A stretch of DNA of 63,347 nucleotides, the filler included. It is 9 parts of 9 records of this genome, joined end to end, with 100 filler letters (N's around TTAATTAATTAA, not from the genome) between each part and the next. Parts side by side here need not be neighbours in the genome. Positions count along the whole stretch, not along the records: positions 42,061 to 48,378 come from SRR31147125_18189; positions 48,479 to 58,245 come from SRR31147125_18190; 7 more parts are not named here. One strand, given 5' to 3'. This document shows positions 44,934 through 56,566 of the stretch, one piece after another. The notes under the pieces are model-generated. The model was not told the DNA's origin. It did not search any database and worked only from the letters and a program-made list of their open reading frames with translations. Made by a program: the position numbers and the translations under genes. Every line of letters starts with the position of its first letter. Position 1 is the first letter of the stretch.

Positions 44934-47198
44934 TTAATTCAGCTTTAACTTCTCATCAATGGATTGCGCCGCCGTTTTCCCCGCTCCCATGGCTAGAATT
45001 ACGGTTGCTGCACCAGTTACCACATCGCCACCGGCATATACATTTTCTTTGCTGGTTTCCAGCGAATCCTGATTAACGATAATTCCGCCCCAAGAGTGAA
45101 AATCCAAACCTTTTGTGCTTTGTGTAATCAGTGGGTTTGGCGACTGACCAACAGCAATTACCACTTTGTTTACATCGAGCGTAAAGTTTTCGCCTTCAAC
45201 AGGAACCGGTCTTCTCCTACCCGATGCATCAGGCTCGCCCAATTCCATTCTTTCGTTTTCCATTGATGTTACCCAACCTTTACCGTCGCTGTTAATTTTT
45301 ACCGGGTTACAAAGAAAGTTGAATTGTATACCTTCTTCTTTGGCATGTTCAATTTCTTCAGCGCGTGCAGGCAATTCTTCGGCACCGCGGCGGTAAATAA
45401 TAAAAACTTCTTTGGCACCCAATCGCAATGCAGTTCGGCAGGCATCCATGGCAACGTTTCCTCCACCAACAACAGCTACTTTATCGCCCGGCTGCACCGG
45501 ACTTGGAGTATCGCTTTTGTAGGCTTCCATAAGATTTACACGTGTCAGGAATTCGTTGGCCGAATACACACCGTTCAGGTTTTCGCCTTCAATATTTAAG
45601 AATCGTGGCAAACCTGCTCCGGTTGAAATAAACACCGCTTCGTAGCCGTCTTCTTTCAAATCGTCAACCGTAAGTGATTTACCTACAATCACATTTTTCA
45701 CGATTTTAACTCCCATATCTTTTATGGAGTTTATTTCATCTTTTACAATCTGCTTTGGCAAACGGAACTCGGGAATACCGTACATTAACACGCCACCCGG
45801 AGTGTGCAGTGCTTCGAAAACAGTAACCTCGTGGCCTTTTTTTGCCAACTCGCCGGCACATGCAATTCCGGCCGGACCGGCGCCAATAACAGCAACTTTA
45901 TGTCCGCCGTTAAGATGTGGCATTTCTTCTTCAAAATTGTGTTCTTTGGCGTAATCGGCAATAAAACGCTCTAAACGACCGATGGCCACCGGCTCACCTT
46001 TTTTGCCTCGCACACACAATGCCTCGCACTGGTTTTCCTGCGGACAAACGCGGCCACAAATGGCAGGCAGGCTATTATAAGATTTTATGCTTTTATATGC
46101 AGCTTGAAAATCTTCTGCGGCAATATTCGCAATAAACTCAGGAATATTTACATTAACAGGACAGCCGCTAACGCACGCCGGCTTTTTACACTGAATACAG
46201 CGTTTAGCTTCGTTTATAGCTTCTTCAACGGTGTAGCCCATTGCAACTTCCTCAAAGTTTTTGTTTCTCTCGTTCGCCTTGAGTTCCTGCATCGGTGTCT
46301 TTTCAGGCTGCATATTGAATTTGCCTTTCATTTGGCCTTCAATGGCTTCGTGTTTCAATCCATTTTCATGGTTATGCGAAAGTCCAATTCGGCATTTGTG
46401 CCCTTGTTCCTGGTCTTTGTACATTCCCTGGCGGCTCATTATTTCTGCGAAATCAACTTCGTAGCCGTTAAAATCGGGACCATCAACACAAGCAAATTTT
46501 GTTTTCCCGGCAATACTTACCCGACAGCCGCCACACATTCCGGTTCCGTCAACCATAAGCGGATTCAACGAAACAGAGATTGGTATATCAAAAGGTTTCA
46601 CCACATCAACCACTGCTTTCATCATCGGAATCGGGCCAATGGCAATAACCTCGTCGTATTGTTTACCTTCGTCTAAAAGCATTTGAACAACCGTAGTTAC
46701 AAAGCCTTTGGTTCCGGCACTACCATCGTCGGTAGCAACATGTACGTTTTTAGCCAGCGCCGAAAATTCTTCCTGAAGAATAACATAGTCGGTACTGCGG
46801 CCACCAAGAATAATATCGATTTCAGCATTATTATCGGCATGCATTTTAATTTGTGGATACAAAGGAGCTGCGCCCACACCACCACCAATTCCGAGTACAC
46901 GTTTTGGTTTGTGGTTAACACATGGTAAACCAAGAGGTCCGGCAACATCGCTAATGTAATCGCCTTCGTTTTTCTCGCTCAGTAATTTTGTCGATTTTCC
47001 AACCACCTGGTAAATCATGGTAACCGACTTCTCTTCGCGGTTATAATCGGCAATGGTAAGCGGAATGCGCTCACCACCTTCTTCAACAATAATAATTATG
47101 AATTGTCCGGGTTGACATTTTCTCGCCACAAAAGGTGCTTCAACAACCATTTCTTCAACGGTAGGATTCAACACCCTTTTTCTTAATATTTTATGCAT
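44934..47198 (-). CDS. Fused NfnA-NfnB (SudB-SudA/GltD-like) electron-bifurcating transhydrogenase
   Basis: N-half PyrK-like (PGQF, ERIPLTIAD, DGTGMCGGCRV, CVDGPDF); C-half GltD-like (RCIQC, CPV, CGRVCPQE, GAGPAG, GGGNVAMD, GGDVVTG). Confidence 0.9.
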   Translation of the reverse strand: MHKILRKRVLNPTVEEMVVEAPFVARKCQPGQFIIIIVEEGGERIPLTIADYNREEKSVTMIYQVVGKSTKLLSEKNEGDYISDVAGPLGLPCVNHKPKRVLGIGGGVGAAPLYPQIKMHADNNAEIDIILGGRSTDYVILQEEFSALAKNVHVATDDGSAGTKGFVTTVVQMLLDEGKQYDEVIAIGPIPMMKAVVDVVKPFDIPISVSLNPLMVDGTGMCGGCRVSIAGKTKFACVDGPDFNGYEVDFAEIMSRQGMYKDQEQGHKCRIGLSHNHENGLKHEAIEGQMKGKFNMQPEKTPMQELKANERNKNFEEVAMGYTVEEAINEAKRCIQCKKPACVSGCPVNVNIPEFIANIAAEDFQAAYKSIKSYNSLPAICGRVCPQENQCEALCVRGKKGEPVAIGRLERFIADYAKEHNFEEEMPHLNGGHKVAVIGAGPAGIACAGELAKKGHEVTVFEALHTPGGVLMYGIPEFRLPKQIVKDEINSIKDMGVKIVKNVIVGKSLTVDDLKEDGYEAVFISTGAGLPRFLNIEGENLNGVYSANEFLTRVNLMEAYKSDTPSPVQPGDKVAVVGGGNVAMDACRTALRLGAKEVFIIYRRGAEELPARAEEIEHAKEEGIQFNFLCNPVKINSDGKGWVTSMENERMELGEPDASGRRRPVPVEGENFTLDVNKVVIAVGQSPNPLITQSTKGLDFHSWGGIIVNQDSLETSKENVYAGGDVVTGAATVILAMGAGKTAAQSIDEKLKLN

Positions 47199-47380
47199 AA
47201 TGCTTTATTTTATAAGCTTACTGTCTGTTCTTATTTTCGTGCCACAAAATTAATGGTATGTGCTAATCATAAAACATTAGCCTGATTTTTTTCTTGATAT
47301 TTAACACTGCTGACCGGGAAACAATCAACAGCTTCTGTTTAGAGTATTAAATACCTTTTCGGTTTTAAACGGTTAGGAGT

Positions 47381-47863
47381 TTATTTTTTCTGTAAATCTT
47401 TTAATTCAGCAAGAATAACTTTCTGTAAATCTTCAACTTGAAGTTCTACCTGAAGACCAACTTTTCCGGCACTTACAATAATTGTTTCATGCTGAGCAGC
47501 ACTACTATCAATAAAAGTACGATAGAGCTTTTTCATTCCCAATGGCGAACAACCTCCTTTTTGATAGCCCGTGTATTTGGTTAATTCTTTATGGGCCAGC
47601 ATTTCAACCTTTTTCTCTGAAGTAGCTAAGGCGGCCTTTTTCAAATCAAGTTCGCCTAAAACCGGAATAATAAACACATACAACTCTTTGCTGTTTCCGT
47701 GGGCAACCAAGGTTTTATACACCAACAAACCATCTTTCCCATATTTATCAACTATGGCCAAACCATTAACCACTCCTTCAATATTTTCCGAGTTCAAGGC
47801 TTCGTATTCGATTTTATTCCGATCTAAAATGCGGAGCGCATTGGTTTTAATCTTTTTTGCCAT
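47381..47863 (-). CDS. ybaK: Cys-tRNA(Pro) deacylase
   Basis: KTNALRIL, VYKTLV, TGYQKGGCSPLG and SAGKVG. Confidence 0.9.
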   Translation of the reverse strand: MAKKIKTNALRILDRNKIEYEALNSENIEGVVNGLAIVDKYGKDGLLVYKTLVAHGNSKELYVFIIPVLGELDLKKAALATSEKKVEMLAHKELTKYTGYQKGGCSPLGMKKLYRTFIDSSAAQHETIIVSAGKVGLQVELQVEDLQKVILAELKDLQKK

Positions 47864-48085
47864 CGATATAGTTTTTGAAACACAAAATTAAAGACTTCAC
47901 CTGGAAATGAAATAAGGATTTAAACCCAGAGTAAGAAATTATAAAAGAAAAAACCCGGAAAAATCCGGGCTAATCTTTTTGCTTTGAAAGCGACTCTATA
48001 ATTGTTGATCTGTGTTCATTAAAAATCAAATGATTTATAACCATTTGAATTACCTAAAATACCCGGTTAATCGAATTATTTTAGT

Positions 48086-48378
48086 TTATACAGAAACAGC
48101 TTCGTTAACTTGTTTTAAAATTGCACGTTTTGTTTTAACGCCAACAACTCTTCCAACTTCTTTTCCATTTTTCAAGATTACCATGGTTGGAATACTTTTT
48201 ACTTTAAATTTTCCTGCCAACTGCTGATTATGATCGACATTTACTTTGGCTACCATAAAATCGTTTTGCGAATCGGCAATATCGTTTAAAGTTGGAGCAA
48301 TTACTTTACAAGGTGCGCACCACGATGCCCAAAAATCGACTAAAACAACTCCTTTTTTTGTAGCTGCTTTAAAATTTT
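48086..48378 (-). CDS. Thioredoxin (5' truncated; absent from ORF track)
   Basis: Manual translation VLVDFWASWCAPCKVIAP...VNVD...SIPTM. Confidence 0.9.
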
Positions 48379-48478
48379 NNNNNNNNNNNNNNNNNNNNNN
48401 NNNNNNNNNNNNNNNNNNNNNNTTAATTAATTAANNNNNNNNNNNNNNNNNNNNNNNNNNNNNNNNNNNNNNNNNNNN
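48379..48478. other. Artificial contig spacer
   Basis: N run with TTAATTAATTAA linker. Confidence 0.98.
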
Positions 48479-48840
48479 GCAACAGTATGCAAAAGTTTTT
48501 GTATTTGCCTTACGGTGAATCTGACTTTATTTTTGCAATTGTTTGTGAAGAACTAGGCTTTTTTGGCGCAGTAATTATTATTTCTTTATTCCTTGTTTTG
48601 ATCTACCGAGGAGTAAAGATAGCACTTAAAGCGCCTGATGTTTTTGGTATGCTACTAGCCACGGGGATAACGATAATGCTGGCCACGCAGGTTATAATTA
48701 ATATTGCTGTTGTATCAAAATCAATGCCGCCTACTGGTGTTTTGTTGCCATTTATTAGTGCAGGAAGTACTGCTTTGATCATTTTTATGGCAGAAATAGG
48801 TATACTGCTAAATATCTCTCACCACGGTAACAGGCTTTAA
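48479..48840 (+). CDS. ftsW: FtsW/SpoVE SEDS protein, C-terminal fragment
   Basis: QKFLYLP..ESDFIFAIVCEELG and PTGVLLPFISAG. Confidence 0.85.
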
Positions 48841-48945
48841 TTTAATAACTGATTGAATATGCGCTGATGTAACCAATTTATCTATAATTGAATAATATAC
48901 TCTATACGTATGTCGAATTTCTTGACAAGTGGCTGGAGGTATTAT

Positions 48946-50199
48946 ATGGCAAAGTTTTTGATAAATGGTGGATCAAAACTCAATGGTGAGGTTGAAATAC
49001 AAGGTGCAAAAAATGTGGCACTTCCTATATTTGCGGCGGCGGTGCTTACAGATGAAAAGGTAGTTATTCATGGATGTCCGCTTATCCGTGATGTACATAA
49101 TATGCTTTCTATGTTAAAGATAATAGGTGCAAGTGTTGTAATAGAAGGTAATACGGTAATTATTGATTGTAAGTTTACCGATACATGGGAGATGCCGGAT
49201 TTTCTTGCAAAAGAGATACGATCTTCTATATTTATGTTAGGTACAGTTATCACTAGATTTAAAAAAGCTAAGTTTTCTTACCCTGGAGGATGTGAAATTG
49301 GAACTAGACCAATAGATTTACATCTAAGGGGACTTAGAGAAATGAACATTACAGTCAGAGAGTTTTCTGGCTATATTTATTGTGAAAGCGATGAGATAAG
49401 AGGTGCTCAAATTCATCTTGATTATCCAAGTGTTGGAGCAACCGAAAACATTATGATGGCTGCTGTGAAAGCTAAAGGTGAAACTATAATAACGAACGCA
49501 GCACGCGAGCCGGAAATTGTTGAATTGCAAAATGTCATCAATTCTATGGGTGGCAAAATAAAAGGTGCAGGTACTAGTACAATTACTATAATGGGTGTCA
49601 AAAAACTTGGCGAGCTTACCTATACTTGCCTTTCGGATAGAATCGTAGCTGGAACATATATGACTGCTGTTGCGATGACGAGAGGAAATTTAACACTAAG
49701 AAATGCAAAGGAAGACCATTTATATTCGATTATTTCAAAATTAAAAGAGGCTGGCGCTAAAATAAAGACGTATAAAGACGCTATAAATATAAATGTAACA
49801 ACGCGGATAAAAGAGATGCACCTGATAGAAACAGCACCATATCCTGGTTTTCCTACGGATATGCAGGCTATAATGTGTTCTGCCGCTTGCATAGCTGATG
49901 GCACTAGTATTATAATAGAAAATGTATTTGAAAATAGATTTAAACATATTGCAGAGCTTATACGTATGGGTGCTAATGTGACCATTAAAAATAAAGTTGC
50001 AATTATAAGAGGTGTGAAGACACTTTATGGTACTGATGTTGTAGCTATGGATCTTAGAGGCGGGGCAGGTTTGCTGTTAGCTGGGTTAAGTGCCGAAGGC
50101 ACAACAACACTCGAAAATATTGAGCTCATTGAACGCGGATATGAAAAAGTAGACGAGGTTTTAAGAGGGCTTGGGGCTAATGTTGTTAGGTCAAGATAG
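48946..50199 (+). CDS. murA: UDP-N-acetylglucosamine 1-carboxyvinyltransferase
   Basis: GAKN, PGGCEIGTRPIDLH, SVGATEN, PGFPTDMQ and DLRGGA; GGAGG RBS supports the start at 48946. Confidence 0.95.
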   Translation: MAKFLINGGSKLNGEVEIQGAKNVALPIFAAAVLTDEKVVIHGCPLIRDVHNMLSMLKIIGASVVIEGNTVIIDCKFTDTWEMPDFLAKEIRSSIFMLGTVITRFKKAKFSYPGGCEIGTRPIDLHLRGLREMNITVREFSGYIYCESDEIRGAQIHLDYPSVGATENIMMAAVKAKGETIITNAAREPEIVELQNVINSMGGKIKGAGTSTITIMGVKKLGELTYTCLSDRIVAGTYMTAVAMTRGNLTLRNAKEDHLYSIISKLKEAGAKIKTYKDAININVTTRIKEMHLIETAPYPGFPTDMQAIMCSAACIADGTSIIIENVFENRFKHIAELIRMGANVTIKNKVAIIRGVKTLYGTDVVAMDLRGGAGLLLAGLSAEGTTTLENIELIERGYEKVDEVLRGLGANVVRSR

Positions 50200-50211
50200 G
50201 GGATAGGTGTA

Positions 50212-50934
50212 TTGGAAAACGAGCAGAGAAAAAATACTATATTGATATTGTTTTTAGTAATTGTAATCTTAATTGCGGTTGCATTTATTGGTTATAAATA
50301 TTTTAGAGTAGTTGTAATAGATATTCACGGTAATAATAGACTTGACGATAAATATATTTCGGACCTTTCGGGTATTAGAGTTGGTCAAAATTTGTTTTCT
50401 ATCAGTGAAGAAAAAGTAAAAAATAATATTAATTCTGACCCATATTTAGAATATTTTGATATGAAACGAATATATCCTTCTACTGTAAGTATAGAAATAT
50501 ACGAAAGAAATCCTGTAGCGCAAATAGCGTTTGATGATAAGTATGCTCTTATTGATGAGAAAGCAAATGTGCTGCAGATAAATGTAGATGAACAAGGTGA
50601 GCTATTGGTTATTCTAGGAGTGCAAACTTCTGAAGCGGAGCCAGGAAAGAAAATAGAACTTGCAAATTATTATGAATTTGAAATATTAAGAAAACTTATA
50701 AATCAATCAAATTTTGATTTGCTTTGTAAGTGTATTTATTCCATTGATATGTCTGATATTAATAATATTTTCATGTATACTGAGGATAGGATTGTTATAA
50801 AATTTGGAGATTCAGAAAACATGACAGATAAGATAACTTGGATTGATGCTGTTCTTAAAAAACTGGATGAAAAAGGGATAACCCAAGGCACTGTCAATGT
50901 TTCAACAGGCACAAATGCTACATATAAAAGATAA
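50212..50934 (+). CDS. ftsQ: FtsQ/DivIB POTRA protein
   Basis: N-terminal TM, I.GN, GQNLF and RIYPSTVSIEIYER; dcw context. Confidence 0.85.
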   Translation: MENEQRKNTILILFLVIVILIAVAFIGYKYFRVVVIDIHGNNRLDDKYISDLSGIRVGQNLFSISEEKVKNNINSDPYLEYFDMKRIYPSTVSIEIYERNPVAQIAFDDKYALIDEKANVLQINVDEQGELLVILGVQTSEAEPGKKIELANYYEFEILRKLINQSNFDLLCKCIYSIDMSDINNIFMYTEDRIVIKFGDSENMTDKITWIDAVLKKLDEKGITQGTVNVSTGTNATYKR

Positions 50935-51046
50935 ATATCACCTATAAAGTGTTTTTTTAGTAAAAAATATTATAAATTTATTGACTATACATTAAAGTTA
51001 ATATAATATATAAAGGAATTTTACTATAGAAGAAAGAGGTGTCTAT

Positions 51047-51394
51047 ATGCCAGAAATGTGTGTTGGTACATCAGGTGTTTCATTAGGTGGAGGTGCTGCT
51101 GAAGGCGGTAGTTCTAGCATGTTGTTTTTGATTTTGATGCTGGCAGTTTTCTTTTTTATGATGATATTGCCGCAGAGAAAGCGCAATAAAAAAGTAAAAG
51201 AAATGCTTGCTGGAGTAAAAAGTGGTGATAAAGTTAAAACTATTGGTGGTTTTTATGCTACTGTCGAACAAGTTAAAGACGAGTTAGTTACGATTTTATG
51301 TGATCCTGATAAAAACAGAATGGTTATTTCAAAATCTGCTATTGCAGCAGTTGAAAATTCAGAAGTTGAAAATGATATTGAGCCTTCGAAATAG
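51047..51394 (+). CDS. yajC: Preprotein translocase subunit YajC
   Basis: TM then ILPQRKR and GDKVKTIGG. Confidence 0.9.
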   Translation: MPEMCVGTSGVSLGGGAAEGGSSSMLFLILMLAVFFFMMILPQRKRNKKVKEMLAGVKSGDKVKTIGGFYATVEQVKDELVTILCDPDKNRMVISKSAIAAVENSEVENDIEPSK

Positions 51395-51428
51395 TTTTTG
51401 ATCAGAATTTTTAGAAAAGTTAACAATG

Positions 51429-51462
51429 AACGTTTTTTGTATAATACAAAAAGCGTTTTTTT
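51429..51462 (+). terminator. Terminator after yajC
   Basis: AACGTTTTTTGTAT-A-ATACAAAAAGCGTT followed by a T run. Confidence 0.55.
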
Positions 51463-51572
51463 ATAAAATATATATTTGCTAATTTGTTAGAGATATAATA
51501 AAAAAAGTTAGTTTAAAAAGTACTAACTTGATTGGATTTGGATTTTTACATGTTGAAAGGATGTTAGTTAAA

Positions 51573-52763
51573 ATGGATTTATCGAAAAAGTTACAAACAA
51601 TTACACCATCTGCTACTTTGCAGATTACTGCTAAAGCAAAAGCTTTAAAAGCAGAAGGAAAAGATGTTATCAGTTTTGGTGCTGGTGAACCGGATTTTGA
51701 TACACCGAATTTTATTAAAGAAGCGGCTAAAGAGGCTCTTGATATGGGGCTTACTAAGTATACAGATGCATCTGGAACAGTTGAACTAAGAAAAGCTATT
51801 TGTGACAGACTAAAAAGAGAATATGATTTAGATTATTCTATCGATCAAATAATTGTTTCAAACGGAGCAAAACATTCGCTTACGAATGTATTTCAAGCTA
51901 TATTAAATCCAGGAGATGAGGTCATTGTTCCATCTCCATATTGGGTATCTTACCCTGTAATGGTAAGCATGGCTGATGGCGTCCCTGTTTTAGTTTCGGC
52001 TTCTGAAGACGAAGAGTTTAAAATTGATGCAGAAAAAATTAAAAAAGCAATTACGCCTAAAACTAAGGCTATTATAATCAACTCTCCATCAAATCCATGT
52101 GGTAGTGTATACACAAAGGATGAATTGGCTGCAATTGCTAAAGTCTGTAAAGAAAATGAAATATTTATTGTTTCTGATGAGATTTATGATGAGCTTACAT
52201 ACGAAGGTGATCATGTATCTATTGCTACATGTGACGTTGATACAAAGGATATTACGATTGTTGTAAATGGACTGTCTAAATCATTCTCTATGACTGGATG
52301 GAGAATGGGCTATATTGCGTGTGATGCTAAGATTGCTAAAATCATTAAAGCTTTTCAAAGTCATACTACTTCAAACCCAAATACTATGGCTCAATATGCT
52401 AGTACAGTTGCGCTTAATGCTCCTAAAGATGGGCTTTTAGAGATGAAAGCAAAGTTTGATGAAAGAAGAAAAGCTTTACATCAAATGATAAATGATACAG
52501 AATACTTTAGTTGTCATCTACCAAAGGGTGCTTTTTATGCTATGGTTAACGTCAGTAAAGTTTATGGCAAAAAGTTAAGTGGCGAAGTAATAAACAATTC
52601 TATGGATTTTGCTAAATTCTTGTTAGAGGATAGTTTAGTTGCTGTTGTGCCAGGATCCGCTTTTGGTGCAGATGATCTTGTTAGGATTTCTTACGCTTCT
52701 TCTATCGAAAACATTACCGAAGGTATTAAAAGAATGGATGAGTTTTCTAAGAAATTAGTGTAG
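51573..52763 (+). CDS. PLP-dependent class I aminotransferase (aspartate aminotransferase-like)
   Basis: GEPDF, NSPSNPCG, SDEIY and SKSFSMTGWRMG. Confidence 0.92.
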   Translation: MDLSKKLQTITPSATLQITAKAKALKAEGKDVISFGAGEPDFDTPNFIKEAAKEALDMGLTKYTDASGTVELRKAICDRLKREYDLDYSIDQIIVSNGAKHSLTNVFQAILNPGDEVIVPSPYWVSYPVMVSMADGVPVLVSASEDEEFKIDAEKIKKAITPKTKAIIINSPSNPCGSVYTKDELAAIAKVCKENEIFIVSDEIYDELTYEGDHVSIATCDVDTKDITIVVNGLSKSFSMTGWRMGYIACDAKIAKIIKAFQSHTTSNPNTMAQYASTVALNAPKDGLLEMKAKFDERRKALHQMINDTEYFSCHLPKGAFYAMVNVSKVYGKKLSGEVINNSMDFAKFLLEDSLVAVVPGSAFGADDLVRISYASSIENITEGIKRMDEFSKKLV

Positions 52764-52836
52764 ATTTATAACAAATAAATTACGAATAAAATTCTTGTTT
52801 ATTTTATGATTTATGTTATAATCATTACAATATGTT

Positions 52837-53078
52837 AAAAGCTATGATTATGTATAAACCTTTTGTATAATTGTATTTAGAGATTGGCTGTTGTTGCTGA
52901 AATATAGCCTTGCATGATAAAAGGAATTTTCGACATAGGAGCTGCTCGTTATGAGCCGGTTGGTTTTTAAAAACCAGTCGTTAAGTTATTCAAATTAAGG
53001 CGCAATATTTGTGTGAATTTGGGTGGTACCGTGAAATGATTTTTCGCCCCAAAATATGTTATATATTTTGGGGCTTTT
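52837..53078 (+). ncRNA. T-box riboswitch (Phe) leader with terminator
   Basis: AGAGA and GCTGAAA stem I motifs, TTC specifier candidate (GAATTTTC), T-box AATTTGGGTGGTACCGTG at 53016-53033, terminator GCCCCAAAATAT...ATATTTTGGGGC-TTTT; upstream of pheS. Confidence 0.92.
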
Positions 53079-53106
53079 AATTTATAAAAATTGAGGAGTA
53101 ATAGAT

Positions 53107-54147
53107 ATGAAGATTAACGAAACTGTTAAAGCTAGGCTAGATAGTCAAGTTGAACGAATGAAAGAAACTATCAACAAAGCTGTTGATAGCGTTGAACTGA
53201 AAAATATCGAGGTTAATATCATTGGTAAAAAAGGTGAAATAACAAACCTTATGAAAATGATGAAGGATCTTGATCCGAGTGAAAGACCTGTTTTTGGTAA
53301 GGAAGTCAATAAACTAAAAAGTATGGCTATAGATTTAATTGATAAACAGCGTGAAAAATTGATTAAACAAGAGCAATCTAAAAAGTTTGAGAAAGAGAAA
53401 ATTGATGTAAGTTTGCCAGGTAAAAGAACCCAAGTTGGGTCATTACATCCAATTACAAAAGGCTACTATCAAATACGTGAAATCTTTTTGGGGATGGGCT
53501 TTGATATTATGGAAGGTCCCGAAGTTGAATACGATAAGTATAACTTTGAGATGCTTAATATCCCTAAGGACCATCCAGCAAGAGATATGCAGGATACTTT
53601 TTACGTTTCTGACGACATAGTATTAAGAACGCATACTTCGCCTGTTCAAATTAGAACTATGCTAAAACAAAAACCACCAATAAGAATGATTTGCCCTGGC
53701 AGAGTTTATAGAACGGATGATGTTGATGCTACTCATTCACCTGTCTTTAATCAAATTGAAGGACTTGTTATCGACAAGGGTATCAGTTTTGGCGATTTAA
53801 AATCTACGCTTTCTACCTTTTTAAAAGAGCTATATGGCGAAGAAACTCAAATAAGATTTAGACCTGGACATTTCCCTTTTACTGAGCCAAGCGGTGAGGT
53901 GGATGCTACATGTAAAACATGTGGTGGTAAGGGCTGTTCTATATGTAAAGGAACAGGATTGATTGAGCTTTTAGGAAGCGGAATGGTTCATCCTAATGTA
54001 CTTAGAAACTGTGGTATAGACCCAGATGTTTATTCTGGTTTTGCTTTTGGAATGGGGCTTGATAGAATAGTGAATATTAAAAATTCTATTACAGACATAA
54101 GGCTGCTTTTCGAAAACGATGTGCGTTTCTTAAAACAATTTAGATAA
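53107..54147 (+). CDS. pheS: Phenylalanyl-tRNA synthetase alpha subunit
   Basis: HPARDMQDTF, LRTHTSPVQ, FPFTEPS and GFAFGMGLDR. Confidence 0.97.
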   Translation: MKINETVKARLDSQVERMKETINKAVDSVELKNIEVNIIGKKGEITNLMKMMKDLDPSERPVFGKEVNKLKSMAIDLIDKQREKLIKQEQSKKFEKEKIDVSLPGKRTQVGSLHPITKGYYQIREIFLGMGFDIMEGPEVEYDKYNFEMLNIPKDHPARDMQDTFYVSDDIVLRTHTSPVQIRTMLKQKPPIRMICPGRVYRTDDVDATHSPVFNQIEGLVIDKGISFGDLKSTLSTFLKELYGEETQIRFRPGHFPFTEPSGEVDATCKTCGGKGCSICKGTGLIELLGSGMVHPNVLRNCGIDPDVYSGFAFGMGLDRIVNIKNSITDIRLLFENDVRFLKQFR

Positions 54148-54164
54148 TAAGGAGATTTAAAGTT

Positions 54165-56566
54165 ATGATTGCTTCATATAGATGGATGAAAGATTATGTG
54201 AATATAGATTTAACACCAGATGAGCTTATGCTGCATCTTATTAAAACAGGTACGGGTGTTGAGGGATATACTTCTCAATTAGATGGTGTAGAAAATGTTG
54301 TTGTAGGGAAGATAGAAAAAATTGAAAAGCACCCAGATGCTGATAAGTTAGTTGTGTGTAAAGTTGACGTTGGTGACGAAGAGCTTCTTCAAATTGTTAC
54401 TGGCGCAAATAATATATCAGAAGGTGATTATGTTCCTGTCGCTTTGGTTGGGGCTAAGCTTCCAAACGGCATGAAGATTAAAAAAGGCAAGCTAAGAGGA
54501 GTTTTATCTCTTGGAATGATGTGTTCGGGCGAAGAGCTTAACATATCTGAAGCTGACTATGAAGGTGCTGGTGTTTATGGGATTCTTATTTTAAAAGGTG
54601 ACCATAAGGTAGGAGAAAACATTGTAGATGCTCTTGGTATGGATGATGCGTTTTTTGAATTTGAAACAGAATCAAACAGACCTGACTGCTTAAGTATTAT
54701 TGGTATTGCAAGAGAAGTAGCTGCTGCTTGCGATGTTGAGATTAAAATGCCAGAGGTTCAGTTTACGGAAAAGGGCGATGATATAAGCGATTATATCAGT
54801 GTTGATGTGCAAAATACTGAATACTGCTCAAGATACTTTGTTAAAGCTGTTAAAAATATAAGAATGGGCGAATCGCCAGACTGGATACAAAAAGGCTTAG
54901 AAGCGCTGGTGTTAGACCGATAAGCAATATTGTTGATATCACTAACTTTGTAATGTTAGAGATGGGTCAGCCTCTTCATGCTTTTGATGCCGCTGATATT
55001 GGTGGTAAAAAGATTATTGTAAGGACAGCAAAAAAAGGCGAAAAGATAGTAACACTTGATGATAAAGAGCGTACTTTGAGTGAAAAAAACTTACTTATCT
55101 GTGATGCTGATAAACCTATTGGTATTGCTGGTATTATGGGTGGACAAAATTCTGAAATTAAAGATACAACAAAAACAGTTATATTTGAGTGTGCAACATT
55201 TACTTATGCCAATACAAGGCAATCTATGAGAGAGCTTGGCATGATGACTGAGTCTGGTATGAGATATTCTAGAGGTGTAGATGCTGGAAATGCAAGAAAC
55301 GTTATGGATAGGGTATTGACTCTGGTTGAAATGCTGGACGCTGGTGATATTGTTGAAGGCGAAATAGATATTATTAACTGTGATTTAGAACCTAAGATTG
55401 TTGAGGCAGATTATAACAAAATCAACAAATTGCTTGGGACAGATATATCGGTTTCTAATATGTCTAAAATGCTTAATAGATTATTTATTCCTACAGTCTT
55501 TGAAGGTGATATATTAAAATCTACTATTCCTTCCTTTAGAAGCATGGATATGAGCCAAAGTGCCGATTTAGCTGAAGAAGTTGCTAGAATGTATGGCTAT
55601 GATAACATTGAAGAAACAACCATGACAAGTGGTGTTGTGCGTGGAGAAGTTCCGTATATGGTTCGTCAAGTTGATAGAACTAAGAGTTTGCTTGTTAATT
55701 CTGGCTATTTTGAGGCCATTACATATTCGTTTATGAGTGGGAATGAGCTTGATAAGCTTGAGCTTTCTGATGATGACTACAGACGTAAGATGGTTGAGAT
55801 TATTAACCCTTTAGGAGAAGAATATGCATTTATGAGAACGACAATGATACCTGATATGCTTAAAGTGGTTTCTAGAAACGTAAATATGAAACAAACGGAT
55901 GTTAGATTGTTTGAAGTTGGTAAAATATATCTTACTGAAAAGATGCCTATTGACGATTTGCCTAACGAAAAGACATGTGTTTGTATGGCTGTTTGCGGTA
56001 AAGATGAAGATTTCTTTACTCTAAAAGGTGGAGTCGAAAATTTAGCAGATATTTTTGGAATCAAAAAAATGAAGTTTGAATTTGGAGGAGACGAATATTA
56101 TCATCCAGGAAGAAAAGCAACTATCTCTATTGCTGGAAAAAACATAGGTGAGATAGGTGAAGTGCACCTGGAAATACTTAAAAACTATGATATTTCAAAT
56201 ACTGATGTTTACATTGCACAAATTTGTCTTGATGATTTAATTGAATTTATAAGCGAAGATAGAACATATAAGCAACTGCCTAAATACCCAGCTGCCGAAA
56301 GAGATTTGGCTTTAATAATAAAGGATGATGTTCCTGCAGCTAAGATCGAAGAATGTATTATCAAAAACGGCGGAAAGTTTTTAGAGGAAGTTAAGCTATT
56401 TGATGTTTACAAAGGTAAGCCATTAGAAAAAGATCAGAAATCGTTAGCTTACTCAATGAATTTTAGAGCTCCTGATAGAACTATGAAGGACGAAGAAGCG
56501 AATGAAGCTATAGAAAAAATTATAAAAGCGGCAAAGGATAAATTTGATGCGTTTATTAGACAATAA
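54165..56566 (+). CDS. pheT: Phenylalanyl-tRNA synthetase beta subunit (frameshift near 54893)
   Basis: HPDADKL and NRPDCLS, then in shifted frame RLRSAGVRPISNIVDITN, GQPLHAFD, DLAEEVAR and the FDX-ACB C-terminus. Confidence 0.95.
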
